Source: the human T2T-CHM13v2.0 reference genome, Homo sapiens | Length of the DNA: 64,000 nucleotides | Reading direction: 5' to 3' (one strand) | Assembly: GCF_009914755.1 (NCBI RefSeq) | Contig: NC_060927.1 | In this document: positions 14,771 to 30,049 of the stretch, in pieces | How the letters are laid out: each line of letters begins with the position of its first letter | Numbering within the stretch: the first letter of the stretch is position 1 | The notes under the pieces: model-generated | The model's database searches: none | Told to the model about the DNA's origin: nothing | Seen by the model: the letters and a program-made list of their open reading frames with translations, nothing else | Translations under genes and position numbers: made by a program

Positions 14771-17700
14771 TATCTTCATAAATTTTATAAGACTTCTTTT
14801 GTGGCATAACATGGGATCTACTCTTGAGTAAGTTCTGTGTGCAGTTCAGAAGAATGTGTATTTCACAGCTGTTGGATGGAATGTTCTGTAAATATCTGTT
14901 AGGTCCATTTGGTCTATGGTGCAGTTTAAATTCAATGCTTCTTTGTTGTTTTTCTGCCTAGATGATGTAACTATTGCTGAAAGTGTGGTAGTGAAGACCT
15001 CCACTTTTATTGTATTGCGGTCCATTTTTCCCTTTAATTCCAATAATATTTGCTTTGTATAACTGGGTGCTCCAGTATTTGCTGCAGACGTATTTACAAT
15101 TATTATATTCTCTTGCTGAATCAATCCCTTTATCATTATATAATGACCTTCTTTGTCTCTTTTTGCAGTTTTTAACTTAGAGTCTATTGTATCTGATATA
15201 AGTATTGCTACTTCTGCTTGCTTTTTATTTCAACTTACATGAAATATCTTTTTCCATTCCTTCACTTTAAGTTTATGTTTGTCTTTAACAATGAGGTGAG
15301 TCTCTCATTAGCAACATATAGTTAAGTATTTTTATTTTCATCCAGCCTCTATCTTTTAAATGGAGGATTTAATCTATTTTCATTCAAGATTATTATTGAT
15401 AGGTAAGAATTTATTCTTTCCATTTTGTTAATAGTTTTCTGGTTGTTTTGTAGATCTTTTGTTTCTTTCTTCCTCTCTTGTTGTTTACCTCTGTGGTTTG
15501 GTGGTTTTCTATGGTTTTCATTGTTTTATTTCTATGTATCATTTATATATCTGCTGTAAGTTTATTTTGTTGTGGCTACCATGGGGCTAATATAACGAGT
15601 CTTGTAGTTATAATAGACTATTTTAAGTTGATAGCAACTTAACTTTGGTTGTGTAAAAATACTGTAGACATTTTCCTTCCCCTCTCACAATTTATATTTT
15701 TGTTGCCTTAATTTACTTCTTTATCTATTGTATTTCCAACAGTTACCCATAGTAACTGTTATTGTTTTTGATCATATTGACTTTAAACTTTTATACTAGA
15801 GTATTGAAAGATTTACCAGGGCATTAGTACACCAGTGCATCACTGGGGTATTCTGAGTTTGATTTATGAATTTACCTCTACTGGTGAGTTTTGTACTTTC
15901 ACATATTTTTATAGTAGTAATTATTGTCCTTTCATTTTCAGTTAGAGCACTGTCTTAAGCATTTCTTGTAGGGCTGCTCCAGAAATGATGAATTCTTTCA
16001 GGTTTCACTTATCTGTAAAAATCTTATTTCTCCTTTTTTTTTGAAGAATAGCTTTGCTGGATATAGTTTTCTTGACTATCAGGGTTTTTGTTTTGTTTTG
16101 TTTTGTTTTTGTTTCTTTTTACTCTGAGCACTTTTAATATACAATTTCCTTCTCTCCTAACCTGCAAGGCTTCTTCTGAGAAATATGCTGATAGTCTAAT
16201 GAAGATTCTCTTGTATGTGACCTGAGGATTTTCTCTTTCAGCTTTTATAATTCTCTTTGTCTTTGACTTTTTATAATTTAATCATAATGGGCCTCAAAGA
16301 GAACCTTTTAGGGTTAAATCTATTTTGGAACTTTTGAGCTTCCTCAATTTGATGTTGTATCTCTCCTAATTCTTGGAAAGTTTTCAGTTATTATATCATT
16401 ATATAACTTTCCTATGCCACTTCCCTTCTTTTCTTATTCTCAAACTCCTATAATGCAAATATTTGTTCTCTAAATGGTTTTCCATATGTTTTTAGGCTTT
16501 CTTTATTCTTTTTTTATTTTTGATGATTTTTTTCTCTGACTACATTATTTCAAAAGACCTGTGTTCAAGTTAAGAAAACTTTATTTCTACTTAATCTACT
16601 CAGTTGTCAATGCTCTTAATTGTATTTTTTATCTTATTGTTTAAATTTTTCAGCTCTAATAATCCTGTTTGTTTCTTTTTTATGATATCTTTCTTTATTG
16701 AATTTCTTATTCAGATTATGGATAGTTTTCCTGATTTTTTTTTATTTGCTTGTCTGTGTTCTCTTGCATCTCACTGAGTTTCCTTAAGATCATAATTTTG
16801 AATTTCTTTTCAGGCATTTTGTAAATGTTCTTTTCTTTGGGGTCAGTGTCTGAAAACTTATTGTTTCTTTGGGGCTGTCATCTTTCCTTGCTTTTTGCGT
16901 TCCTTGCTTTCTTGTGTTCCAACATTGATATCTGTGCATTTAGTGGAACAGTCACTTTTTCAAGTTATCCAGAGTACCTTTCTTAGGAAGAGACTTTTTC
17001 CTATAGATGGGTTTTAGGGTATTAGTTGGGTTTGATGCATTGGCTTTGGTTCTGAGTAAACTCAGTAGCATGGTCCTTGTGCAGTTTCTTCATCTGTAAT
17101 CTTCATCATTAATTTCTACAATTCGTTTAGTTGCCTCAAATGCAGAAGTTTTTGAAGCTAATGGTGTGTGTTTGCTGGGGATGTGGGTGCTGGTTGGTTG
17201 TGGGTTAGGTATGTGATGCGGCAAAGGGCCAATAGGCTGCCCAGTGGGCTCTCTGGGGAGGTAGGAATTGCTGCACACATGGACACAGTTGCCTGGGAGG
17301 CTTTGTAGCAGTCTCTCTGGAAAGACAGAACTGCTTCCAGACAGAACTTCAAGCTGAGCATGAGAGTCCAGGTGTGGCTGGGCCATATGGTTCTGTGGTA
17401 GTCTCCCTGGGGAGGTTGGGCTGCCATTAGAACAGTTATCATGCCAGGCATGAGTAGGTATGGGTAAAATGGAGCCAGGAAACTCTACAGTTATATGCTC
17501 AAGAAGGTGAGCCACTGCCAAATCAGCTGTCAGGCTGGGCATAGGTGTGCATGGGTCAGGTGAGGCTGGGTGGCTGTGTGGCAGTTTTCTCAGGGAGGTA
17601 GGACTGCCACTGTGCAAGCTGTTTAGCCAAGCATTGGTGCATGTGTGTTCAGTGGGCCAGCTGCTGTTCAATAGCTTCCCTGCTGTGCAGATCTGCCAGT

Positions 17701-20700
17701 TCTCTGGAAGGGTGGGGTGCTGCATGGGTTTCGACACTTTGGTCTCAGTTGTTTCATCTTGCCTAAGTTCCATGCAACTGGGGTCATGGTGCTACAGGCA
17801 CCTGCATGAACATGGTGGAATAACAGCAGGGTCTCAGGGACATGGAGAGTCAGTTGCCACTAGTCCCCAGATCAGGGCACATCCTAGCAGTGGGTTTGGT
17901 TTCAAGATGGTCCTATGCCATAGCAGCTTAGGTTGTGAGGATGGGGATGTTCAAGGTGGGCTTCTACTCTGATATGACGCAGCTACCTGTACTCCCAGCT
18001 ACTCTCTAAGCTGGATTCACAATCTACTAGGATTTGGGGCCTCTCCTGTAGCAAGAATTTCTGGCATTTATGGCAGCAGTGAGAGCCATTGGGGATCTCC
18101 AGCTTATTCCTTCTTTGTAAGAAGGCTCTCTGACTCCAAACTGATTTCATTGGAGAGACAGTTTGTCAGAGGCAGGATACCTTGCTCCCCTTCTATTGTT
18201 TTATTCTGAGATTTTGTGCTCCGCAGGAATTTTGCCACTCCCCTGGCACTCTTTAGTATATTTCCCCAGTCACTCCAGTCAAACATAGTTGGTTATCTTG
18301 CTGACATCACTCCTCTGTCTCTATCTTTAAAAAAAAAATAGTATTGCATGGTAGAAGAGAGAAGATATACCTTTTTTAAAGATTAGCTTAAGGCTCACTA
18401 TGCCTCTATAAATTATAGTCCCTTTCACTTTAAGCCTTAATAATGTACTTATTGGAAACGTTTTATATGTTATAATAGTTGTTTGAAAACTATTAACCTC
18501 TTTGGTTAATTTGTCACTTTCAAACAATTGCAATGCATAATTTACCACTGTTAAACAATTCACCAATTTCTAACAAAGTTCAGTTGTACCTTCATAAGTA
18601 CCTTTATAAGAGTGCTTACCATACAACAATAAATCACAATGTCTATCACATCATAATAAGCAAATAACTTATTTAATTGAATACTTTCAAAATATATATG
18701 TTTTTGTTAGAGAAAGTATGAAGATGGACAACCTTTTTTAAATGATGTAGATAAAATAATTTATAAAGTCTTCTGTTATTCAATTCTTCATAAGTAGAAG
18801 AATCGAAGTGGTTAAAATAATGGCTATATATACAAAAAAGAGGAATACATTGTCATCAGAGTTTATGTCTTTTGTAAAAGTGGTTTTGGGCCTCATACAT
18901 TCCGTAATTCTCAGAGCAACGAGTAGTCCGTGTGACTCTGGCAATTGTACGTGAACATGTTGACTTTGAGGACATAAACTATGGTTGATATTTTTTATCA
19001 TCCTTGGCACTAACTAGTTTATGCATGTGGTAAGCATTCATTGAATCTTTGTTGATGATGTGAATGAATGAATAAATGAATGAATGAGGAAGAGGAGTGT
19101 GGTATGAAATTGCAGAGTGAGATCTCTGCAATTTCAATTGTTAAATATCAATTTTCATGAATCCTGTGTCAGAGACTAAAAATTCCGCACACAATAAAGA
19201 TATTAATACAAAACAATTCAAATTCATCTGAACAATGAAAGTAAATAGTTTTGGGTTTTTTTTGACTATATGTTGCAAGGAAGTCAGTCAGGTTGCGAGG
19301 AAGTCAGTCAGGATTTAAAGTGTCTTCCTTGCAACAGAAATTGATTTCAATGCTGATGGTTCTGTGATGTAGTGGAATTAAAAATATTTAACCACTAGTA
19401 GGAAATATTTTGGAGGATACAATTTTCAACAAGTGGCCACATGTAACAAAAGACCATGTGAGGATATCCCCTGGGGAAATAACTACCTATAGGAGGACAC
19501 CAAACCTCAGGGTGCCAACAGGACGTTAATCATTTGCCTGTTTCCCTTTTCAGAGTTGAGGTCTGCTCTAGACAGAGGAATTACTTCTAGTGATGGTGGT
19601 CATTTCACAGGAGTCATGTATGGTAGGTTCTTTGGCTAGCTCATTGACCAGAGGGTACCAGAACAGCTCACTAAAAGTATTCACTTAAGTTACTGTAGGG
19701 CTAGGCCAGTGGAGGCAGGGCTATTTGAAGGGTTTGGTCAATGTTTATTTACCAATCAGAATAAAAGAATTTCAATATTTTGAACAACCAATATAAATGA
19801 TATCATTATGTATCAGCTTAATATGAGTCATATGATCTGTTTGGGTGATTATATACATTTGACAAGTATTGAGTTAAACATGGTTTTTTACTATGGAAAT
19901 TTTCAGAGCTCTAAATTTAGCAGTGTGCGTTCTGACTCTTTAAGAAAAATAGGCGGTACCTAGTTTTTTTTTCGACTTACTTGGACGTGGAACCCTTTTT
20001 CTATAGATTACATCTTGGGATTGTTTTTGTTTAAAACTGTGTTAATAAATTCTGTACAGAGTCTATGAAATATTCAAAGTAATTAGTGTTGTAACAACCC
20101 TAAAATTGCAGTAACTTACAGTGACTTAAGGCAAACATTTACTTCCACCTCTCATTACAGTCCAAGATGGGGTTGGGTTGCTCTTCTGGATAGCAGTCTT
20201 TCAAATAGTTGTTCAGGGATGTGGACCTTTCTGTCAATTTTTTTTCCACTGGAGCAACCTTCACCAAAGGTGGAGTCATGTCCTTAATGTGCCTTAAACG
20301 TCTCTCATAATAAACAGAATAATTTAAAGTCAAATTGACCCCCATTCCTAGTTATTCCCCCCCCAAAAAAAAATCCTCTTTGTAAAGAATTTTGCATTTA
20401 AGCAAAACGGTGAAGAAGTCTTTAAAGGGAGAGGAAAGTTCTTTAAACTATACAATGTAAACTTTAAAACATATGTGTGTGCATATATATATATATATGT
20501 AATAGCTATACTAGCTATACACAGATACAAAACATATACGGTTAAAATAAAGTTATTGTTTTAGGAGAGAGAATTTTAAGGAAGAAGTCAGCTTCTAATA
20601 GGAAGAAGAGGACATATATATATGTCCTATTCTGCTTTTTATTATGACATATTAAGCTCAAGATATTTTACAAACACAAATAGCTCAAAATTTATTTGTT

Positions 20701-20742
20701 ATAAAGAAAATAAATTACAAATAGGCTCTTGTCATAAACATT

Positions 20743-20748
20743 TATATA

Positions 20749-20802
<54 letters not shown>
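20743..20802. repeat. Compound (TG)n(TA)n(GA)n microsatellite
   Basis: Directly visible. Confidence 0.95.
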
Positions 20803-21909
20803 TATGTCTTTGGCATAAAAATGTAACGAATATGCAGAGACTTGCAAAACAGTTATGAGGATTTTCATTTTATACAAGAATAAACACTTTCTGTAAAAGA
20901 AATGTAAAACCTTATAAATTGAAAACATAATCATCTTACTACCTCCATATCTACTTTGATCTTTGCACCCTAAATAACATTCTTTCCAAGGTTTCAATGA
21001 CATGTATGTGCATGTACATTTTAAAACCTAAACCTACTTAAAAGAAGTGTTCTACAAACAAAACCATTATATATTTCAGATTTAATTTCCTATGCATTTT
21101 AATAATGTTGTACTCTATATCAAGCTACCCTTCAGAGAATAACTTGTTTGCAGTGAAAAAGAAAGGCAAATTTTCCTGCTAATAAAATCATGTAGTGTAA
21201 ATTGCTCCACCCTCCTTCCAAACTGTGAGAGCCTCTGGGTAGTTAAACTACTCTAAAGATCATTTTTGGTAAACAACTATTATCTCCTCAAGCTGACACC
21301 AAAGGACTCTTGAAGTCAGCAAACAATCTAGTCATCTGGATGGGAAGCTGAAACCAGTTAGCAAAAGAAATAAGTCTTCAGGTCAACAGAAGCTCACTGG
21401 GATTAGAAGAAACTAATTTATTTGAAAGCAAGAAGGTGACACCTGAGTCAGGAGGAGATTAAACCTAGACTTGGAACTGAGTTGGTTATTATACGGGACA
21501 AATACTCTTCCTAATGTGACCCTATGTAACAAACTTTAGCATCACGTACCTCCAAGGCACACAATGTATTGTATACAACAAGACTGTCGTGTTGTACATG
21601 ACTTACTTTTACCTGTGACACATGAGAGAAAGAGGTGGGAGTCAGACTTTCAGGGCTGCGATGGGCCTAGTTTTTCAGAGAGTCACATGAAGCAGGAAGA
21701 AACTGACTTTGGCCACTATTAGGCTATTCTTTCCTAGTTATCTTGAGAACATGCAATGGCCTCCTTCTCAAGCGTGTCTCCATGCAGATAGTAATGACTG
21801 TCATAGTTGAGTAAGAGGAGATTCTGAAAGGGACATATGCTTCCCTCCCTAAATTCTTTAGCTATATGCTTTGAGGAAATATGGAATAGATTTTTTAAAA
21901 CCACCAATA

Positions 21910-22234
<325 letters not shown>

Positions 22235-23020
22235 CTCACCAATAATGGAAACAATAATTATGGACCAAGCATATTGTACAAGAGCCTCTGGTTATTATTG
22301 CTCTGAGTATCTTGGTCACACATAACTGATTCGTTGTCAATGCTTTTAATGGATAGCTTCTTTTACTTGAATGCTTCATATCAAATATTGGTATCTCTTT
22401 AAATTTTTTTTTTTGGTTGCTTTTACCTTTGCTTGTTATTCTTCCATCCTGCCTCAAAGCAACTGGAACATGGATTATACAGATAAGCAGGGTTTTTGCT
22501 CGACTATTTTAAATTCGATTTATGAAGGTAGCTTATATTCTCATTGTCCTTGTTTTGTTTAATCCTGTTTGTCTCCCCTCATTACGTCCAAATGAACATA
22601 CTCTATTTAAATCAGTGCTTGTGAATCAGAATGTCTTTTCAATAGTTAGAAACCGATGTTGTCACCGGTTTCGGCAAAAATAAGCATGAAAAGGAAAAGA
22701 GTGTGTTCAAATGTAGGGTTTGAATGAGCTATCTGCTGTTTTACAAACTTCATTTCTGGCATTAGTTTTAACAAGTTATGAAATTTGAACCCACTACAAC
22801 TTCTGGATGAGGACTGATAACCAGGACAGGACAAAGACGAGTCACTTCTCCTCTTTCTTCTGGTGGGTTCTGCAGAGAATATTTTTAACCTCTCTCTGAA
22901 AATATGAACTTTTGAATAGTTATTTTCCACTCCATTCCTGCCCATTGAAAGTTGACAAGTTGCTGGTAACACACTGAATTTTTTAAAGCCCAAGAACTGA
23001 GAGGAGTTGAGCAAATCACC

Positions 23021-23035
23021 AGTGCCCCCTAGTGT
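23021..23035 (-). promoter_or_regulatory. Candidate CTCF core motif
   Basis: Minus strand ACACTAGGGGGCACT versus consensus CCASYAGRKGGCRS: one mismatch. Confidence 0.55.
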
Positions 23036-24499
23036 CTGGAATAAACAGCCTCTTGGAAATCACAGTCAGCTGCAGTAGCCTTGCTCATGCAGCTGCTGGA
23101 GTCTTTTGTTAGAAGAAATGTGGTTTGTTTTCATTATGTCTTGGTATCCAAAGAGTTTCAGCTTTTCTCATAAATTCTTTGGAAACAGAAATGCTGCATT
23201 TTTCAGTTCAGGCGATATTTATTTCATAGTTATCTCTAAAAGTACAATGAAATGCAATTATATTCTTGAAGGGAGTGAGAATAGAAATATTATTTTTAAA
23301 AAAATAGAAACAATTTCAGCAAGTTCATTTCTATATTTAAAGTGTAATGCCACAAAGTTGATATAGATCTACTCTTTATATCTGGGCATGTGTGTGTGTA
23401 TATATGTGTGTGTGTTTTAAATTTGCCTCTAAGTAGATGTGAATGTGACCTGTTTTTACCAATAGGATAATTAATTCAATCTCTAAAAATCTACAGAAGA
23501 GGAGACAAGTCATCCTTCTTGTCCTGGAGGGAAAATAAATAAGACATTTTCAAGGGATTCCACAGGCAAAACCATCTGTTGAAAATCACTCTGAATATAG
23601 AAGGTGGTAATTCTTGATCTCAAGGGATATAGCTAAAGGATGGAGATGGACTCTTTTTAAAGGTGATACCTCTTCCTAGAGGTTCCTAGAGACCTGAAGC
23701 ATGGTATGTTGCTGCTTCCTACCAGTCATACATAGGCACCCACCCTCTCCAGCACCCACCCAGGGACTGCGTCTCAAGGGGCTCTGCAGATTCTGTGACA
23801 GCCAATCACACCTGGACTGCTGCAGAGGAAGCAATAGTCCTTGAGGTGTTGTGTTCCAAGGACAGCAATAAGAATGAATAAATGTCAGGAGGAGGATGAC
23901 TCATAAACTCATATGAAAACATTTAAATTTGTTTAGTTTGGCCAGAGAGAAGATAATAATCGTGAGCAAATATATGAAGCATAGAGAAGTTGTTTTAAAT
24001 GGTGTAAATAAAGGTTGAAGGGGAAATTGAACTGACAAATGTAGAGTGATTTTCTGAAAATATTTTCTAACCTGAAGTTTAGGCAATTATGAAAGTGTTA
24101 ACAAGGAGGATGAGAAGTGTAAATTCCAGGATCTAAATTCCAAGTCAGATGGCAGCAAGAATCGTTGTGTTCAAAGGTGCTTTGTAAATGCTTGAGGATG
24201 CAACATGACTGTCTAGAATGGACAGAGTTTTAACAGCTGAATTAAATAAATAGTCCTCATTTACATTTTTAATATAAACCATTCTGTCTGCACTGGAGTT
24301 TCTATCTGCTATTTGTTTCATTTTCCATCACCCTTTTCTCTTTACATGTTTTACCTCATTGGAATACCCTGTCCTTGTCCAAATGATTCATTCTACATGT
24401 TCATTTTTTCCACAGAAATTTTTCTTCCTGCCCTATGTCTGTGGTCCTCTATGCCAGTATTTTCAGTGTCCTTAGAGAATAGTATAGATAGCTTATAGG

Positions 24500-24700
24500 T
24501 TATGACAGCAGCATAAGCAGCGAACTGCTTAGCTTTGAATAGTTCTGTAAAGTCAGGTACATCACTCAACTTTGCTGTGTTTCAGGGACTAAAATGAGAA
24601 AAATCATTGAAAAGTTGTGAGAATTAAATGACTTAACACAGCCACTTAGAACAATGTGTTGCATATAAGAAGTACCATTAAAATGTAAACTATTTTTTAC
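24500..24700 (+). mobile_element. MIR
   Basis: GTTGTGAGAATTAAATGACTTAA...CTTAGAACAATGTGTTGCATATA. Confidence 0.6.
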
Positions 24701-26920
24701 TTAATTATTTTTACTACAATAACACATTTTACATTGTGATTAAGTGTGTATGTATATATAAAATTAAGCAAAAATGTCCTTGTGTAATTACCTTATAGTG
24801 TGTAATGCATCCTATACTGTTCTTATATATTTCCTAAAAAACCTGTGAGCATGACCCACTAAAAATTGTTATGTGTTGTTATTGTTTCTTGACCCAAAGT
24901 TTGATAAACAAGTCTTAGGATATAAGTCTTAGGCTAAAAAGGTTTCTGGGATATAATAGGGAAATAAGGTACCCAGATATCATACTGGGCATGTCTAACA
25001 AATCTCAAGGCTCTGGAATTTCTTTTTAACATTTTACATTAACTGTGTAGCACTAAGTCTTATTGTGGGCACAGAATTTTTTTTTTATTTTACTGTTGAT
25101 AGTAACAATAACAGCAACAATAAAACTGTCATCTTGCCAGAGTTTCCACATCCTAAGATAAGCAAATGACAGAAGGTTCTACTACCCTGCAAAAGGTTAT
25201 TTTAGAAGAAGTAAGCATGTGGCTCCAGAACATTAGTAGTGCCAAGCAGATTTAGTTAACTTAAGAGCACTTAGTGGTTGCTCAAGAGGTAGGTTGTCAT
25301 TTCTTTCCCTTCTTTCCTCCAAAACAATAAGACAACTGAAATGAAGATCCCTATGACTCTGTGTGTATGTATGATACTAGAGTTATAATATTCAGTAAAG
25401 ATAAACATTGCTTAATAAAACATATATTTTTTAAATATACATTTATATGTGTATAAACAATAAAAATTTATTTCTTACTCTATGGCTGAATCTCAAGAGG
25501 GTTACTCAGAGGTTAAATTCAACTAGTAACTAAACTGTCTTTTCTTTCCCATTAATTTCTCTTATTCTTTCCAAATTAATTTAAAAAAATTCAACAATAA
25601 TATTCTAAAAGAATGGGGGTGTAGAATGGGGGTGTGCCTGCAATCAAACAAGGAAGACTCAATGTGATAGTAACACTAATAAACAAAAATTGGTCCTGAT
25701 AAATGTGGCCATTGGTACCCTGCAGAAGCTTTCCCCAGCTTATGGGATTTCCTGGAGTTCAGGGAGGAGACTGCTCTTAGGGAAGCCACTTTCTGAAAAG
25801 CCTGAGTTTACAGTCTGCCAACCCTAGACAAAGTCCCTGCTCTCAAAGATTCGCCACGAGGTCCACAAAACTCTGGACAAGAAGGGAACAAGATGAATAA
25901 GGGACAATTCATGTAGGAACAAGTTAACTACAAAACATGCTCCTCAAAAGCTATCATTATTTTCACTGTCCCCTGCCCTCCAGACACAAATATAATTTCA
26001 TTCCATAGATGCAACTCTCTGCTGACTGTGTATACCTCAATGACTATCATTTTCCAATCAGAATAGAGCATTTTCCTGTCCTTTCCTAGAAATGTATCTC
26101 CTTTGTTTGGTGTTGCAGACTCCAATAAGATGTGATTTTCAGATATGATCCCATTGGCCCTTAAAGATCTGTCTGATATACTAATTATTACCATGTTATT
26201 CAAATATTCTCTTGCCAGTGACTGTCACTGATATATCTTGCTTTATAACTGAAAAAATGGCTTTCATCTTCTAAGAAGATAATCTAATAAAACCCTAAAA
26301 AACAGCTAACCTGCAAGAATTGATATGTTGATGTCATGATATGTTCAAATTCTAAATCTAAGCATGAGATTGGGGTTTAAATAAAAATTTGTGAGTTTAC
26401 CCAGGCCAAACAGGTATTGGTAAATTAATTTTGTATTTTGAAATTTTGGACAGCATGTTTATTGGTCAGAGTAACTTGTTCCTTGACAAATAACAATTGC
26501 CAGATATCAATGGCTTAACACACCAAAACTTGATTTCTTCGTCATACAATGTGGTCAACGTGGGTTTTTCAGAGATCTCTGCTCATCATAGTTGTTTGGG
26601 AATCAACTATCTATCTCAATACACATTCACATGATTACCAGAGCCACAGGAAAGAGACCATATCAAATTGCTTAACAAAAGGACACCTAGAAGCATATGT
26701 CACTTCCACTCATATTTATTAACCGAAGAAAGTCAAAGTGTCACACCTCACTTCAGGAGGATGAGACAGTGCAAAAACTGTCTGGAAGGAAAATGGGAAA
26801 TATTTAGTAAATAACCCAAAAGGAAAAAACTATCTGCCTGGAAGGAAAATGGGAAATATTTAGTAAATAACCCAAAAAACTACCATTTTTCTCACTTTTC
26901 ATATTTACTTGGTGACCAAG

Positions 26921-27288
26921 TATATTAGTCCACTCTCACATTGCTATAAAGAACTACCTGAGACTGGGTAATTTATAAAGAAAAGAGGTTAATTTGGCTC
27001 AGAGATCTGCAAACTGTACAGGAAGCATGGCTGGGGAGGCCTCAGGAAACTTACAACCATGGTGGAAGGCAGAAAGGGAAGCAAGTACATCTTCACATGG
27101 CCAGCAGGAGAGTGAAGAGGGAAGTGCTACACACTTTTAAACTGCTAGATCTCACTCACTATCACAAAAAAAGCAAGGCGGAAATCTGCTCCCATGATCC
27201 AATCACCTCCCCACAGGTCCCTCTCCCAACATTGGGGATTACAATTCAACATAAGACTTGGGTGGAGACACATGGCCAAACCCTATCA
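26921..27288 (-). mobile_element. THE1D-like solo LTR
   Basis: TATATTAGTCC ... AAACCCTATCA; exact TSD CCAAG. Confidence 0.92.
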
Positions 27289-27366
27289 CCAAGAGTTGTT
27301 CATTGAAATCTCATTTCAGTTTCTAGTTTCCATTCATTAGTTGACTTAGTTTATGATCTCATTTCC

Positions 27367-27676
<310 letters not shown>

Positions 27677-27890
27677 CTCATTCCTATTCAAATAGAATAT
27701 AGAAAAGCCTTTTATCTTTACTCAACAACTCCATACCTTATACCCAGCCATATTGTATTACTTACAGTCCAGTACACTTTATTTCATATCTTCATGCTTC
27801 TCACATTTCTCCTTCTGTTATCTTCTCTAACTGAACATCCCACCCTCTCATAGCCATCTCAAATTTTACATGTTTTAAAAAGGCTTCTTA

Positions 27891-28189
<299 letters not shown>

Positions 28190-30049
28190 TTAGAAAGCCC
28201 CACATACTTCTAGCCTGTCTATAATAACACCTTGGTGATGATACTTTATATATATTTAACAAGAACTGTATGTAGAAGAACTAATATGTAGTTGCCCCTA
28301 ATTTCAAATCCCAAATATAGTCATATATAAGTATACATATATTTATAAATATTTATAAAGGTCTTCTTAAATATCAATCTATCTATCTATCAATAATCAC
28401 CCTAATGGAAACTCCATTAGGGCGATTATTGATATCTAATCATTTAATTTTTATAAAAATATAAGCTCCATAAGTGGAAGAATTATTCTTATAGAATAGT
28501 CATGACCATATACTACCATTTCACATTTCTATGCTTGTATTCCTATATTTTTAGTGTTTATGTCCCTGATGGCTACAATACTACCTGAGTTCAATAAAAG
28601 CCAAGCAAATCTATTAATTTTTACCAAGAAATGTAACTGACAGGCATTCCTGATAGATCATACTGGAAAGAAAAGCTTTCTTAAAACAATCAATATACAT
28701 AATCTGTTGTTAATATTGACTTGAAGAAAAATCGAGTTAATAGGTCTTCAAGAGCATTATGATCAATCTGTCATGGTTTTTCAGTACTCCCTTTGCCAAA
28801 GCTGATTGCATCTTCCTTGGATTGTGTATGACATAGCCTGAGAGTTGTGCTCTTTTCTAAAACTCTTCTAGAATGTGATTTTCTTATTACTTATCATTGA
28901 ACAATTCCTATCACTCAGTTCCCTACTTTTATAACTTGATACAATTTCCAAGGTTACAGCTGTTATTTGTAACCTATGAGGCTCCTTGTTTTCTATTATT
29001 TCCCAGAAAAGTATTTCACTCTCACCTGAGATGATAGAGACAGGGCCCCTACCCCTAATGGCAACTGTAGGAATTTATTATCAGGGATCAGAACCAGAAA
29101 CTTTATTATCACTGTTCATAAGTGGATGTATTCTCAACAATAAGGGCTAATGTTTTGATAGTCAGATAAGAATTCTCAAAAGTGTGCATATGTGTGCAGT
29201 GCTGGATGGAAGATGAGTATGTGTTCAATTGCTTTTAATCACTTATTTGCATTAGTACCACAGGGCCACTAACACGGCCCATGTTTTGTACAGCATTCTT
29301 TTTCTGGGAGTCCTGCACACTTGTAATGTGAGGAATTTCAACATACAGCTAAAGAAAAATGCAAGAACAATTCATTCATATATCAAACTCATTGAAGTTA
29401 CCCCTATTATTCCAAATCCTAAATACAGTCATTCAGGTGATATAAATTAGGAATTTCTACTGTACAAGTATATAATGTCCTCAGTCTACCCTGTCATATT
29501 TTAATTTACAGTCTTATTATGATTAAGAGTAACTATTAATGACATAACATCTCTTTGTCGTTGCTTTTTAAACCACAAAGTGCATATTCTCAGTAAACAA
29601 GAACTAAAACCTCCCTAGAGGTAACTCATTGTTTTCCTGCTGGTCTTGAGATTCACTGAATTCCTTGTAGCTCTGTGTTTGTCTTTGGAATAAGATCAGA
29701 AAAAATAAGCTCAGGTCCACTCTAGAGGAACCTGAAAGATCTCTTAGACTTCTAACAGGAGGAGAGTTTTAGTCTCTTTTTCTCCCCCCTTCACTAAAAC
29801 CGTATCCTTTTTGTACAACTGTCACTCAGTAGTAAGCTCAATTCTTTAGTATCATCTTCCCTCGTCAGGACCTCCTGGAGATACTCCAACGGAATGGAAA
29901 ATATTTGAAGTTTCTTTAAAAGACTGGCTGGTCTATGTGTTGTCAGATTAATTTTCTAGGAAGCTGGAGGGTTCCCCTACGTAAATGAGAGTATGAATTT
30001 TGCATACCACAGGAAACTAAGAGAACATATTGGTTGTCTATCTTCTTAC

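Noticed and set aside
17090-17972. 227-aa and overlapping ORFs
   Set aside because: Lie in the GC-richer, internally repetitive L1 5' region; no recognisable protein similarity
20060-20480. Possible very old LTR remnant; a similar one at ~26470-26900
   Set aside because: Too diverged to assign family or boundaries by eye
22646-23014. 122-aa minus-strand ORF in unique sequence
   Set aside because: Non-ATG start, no recognisable domain or exon structure
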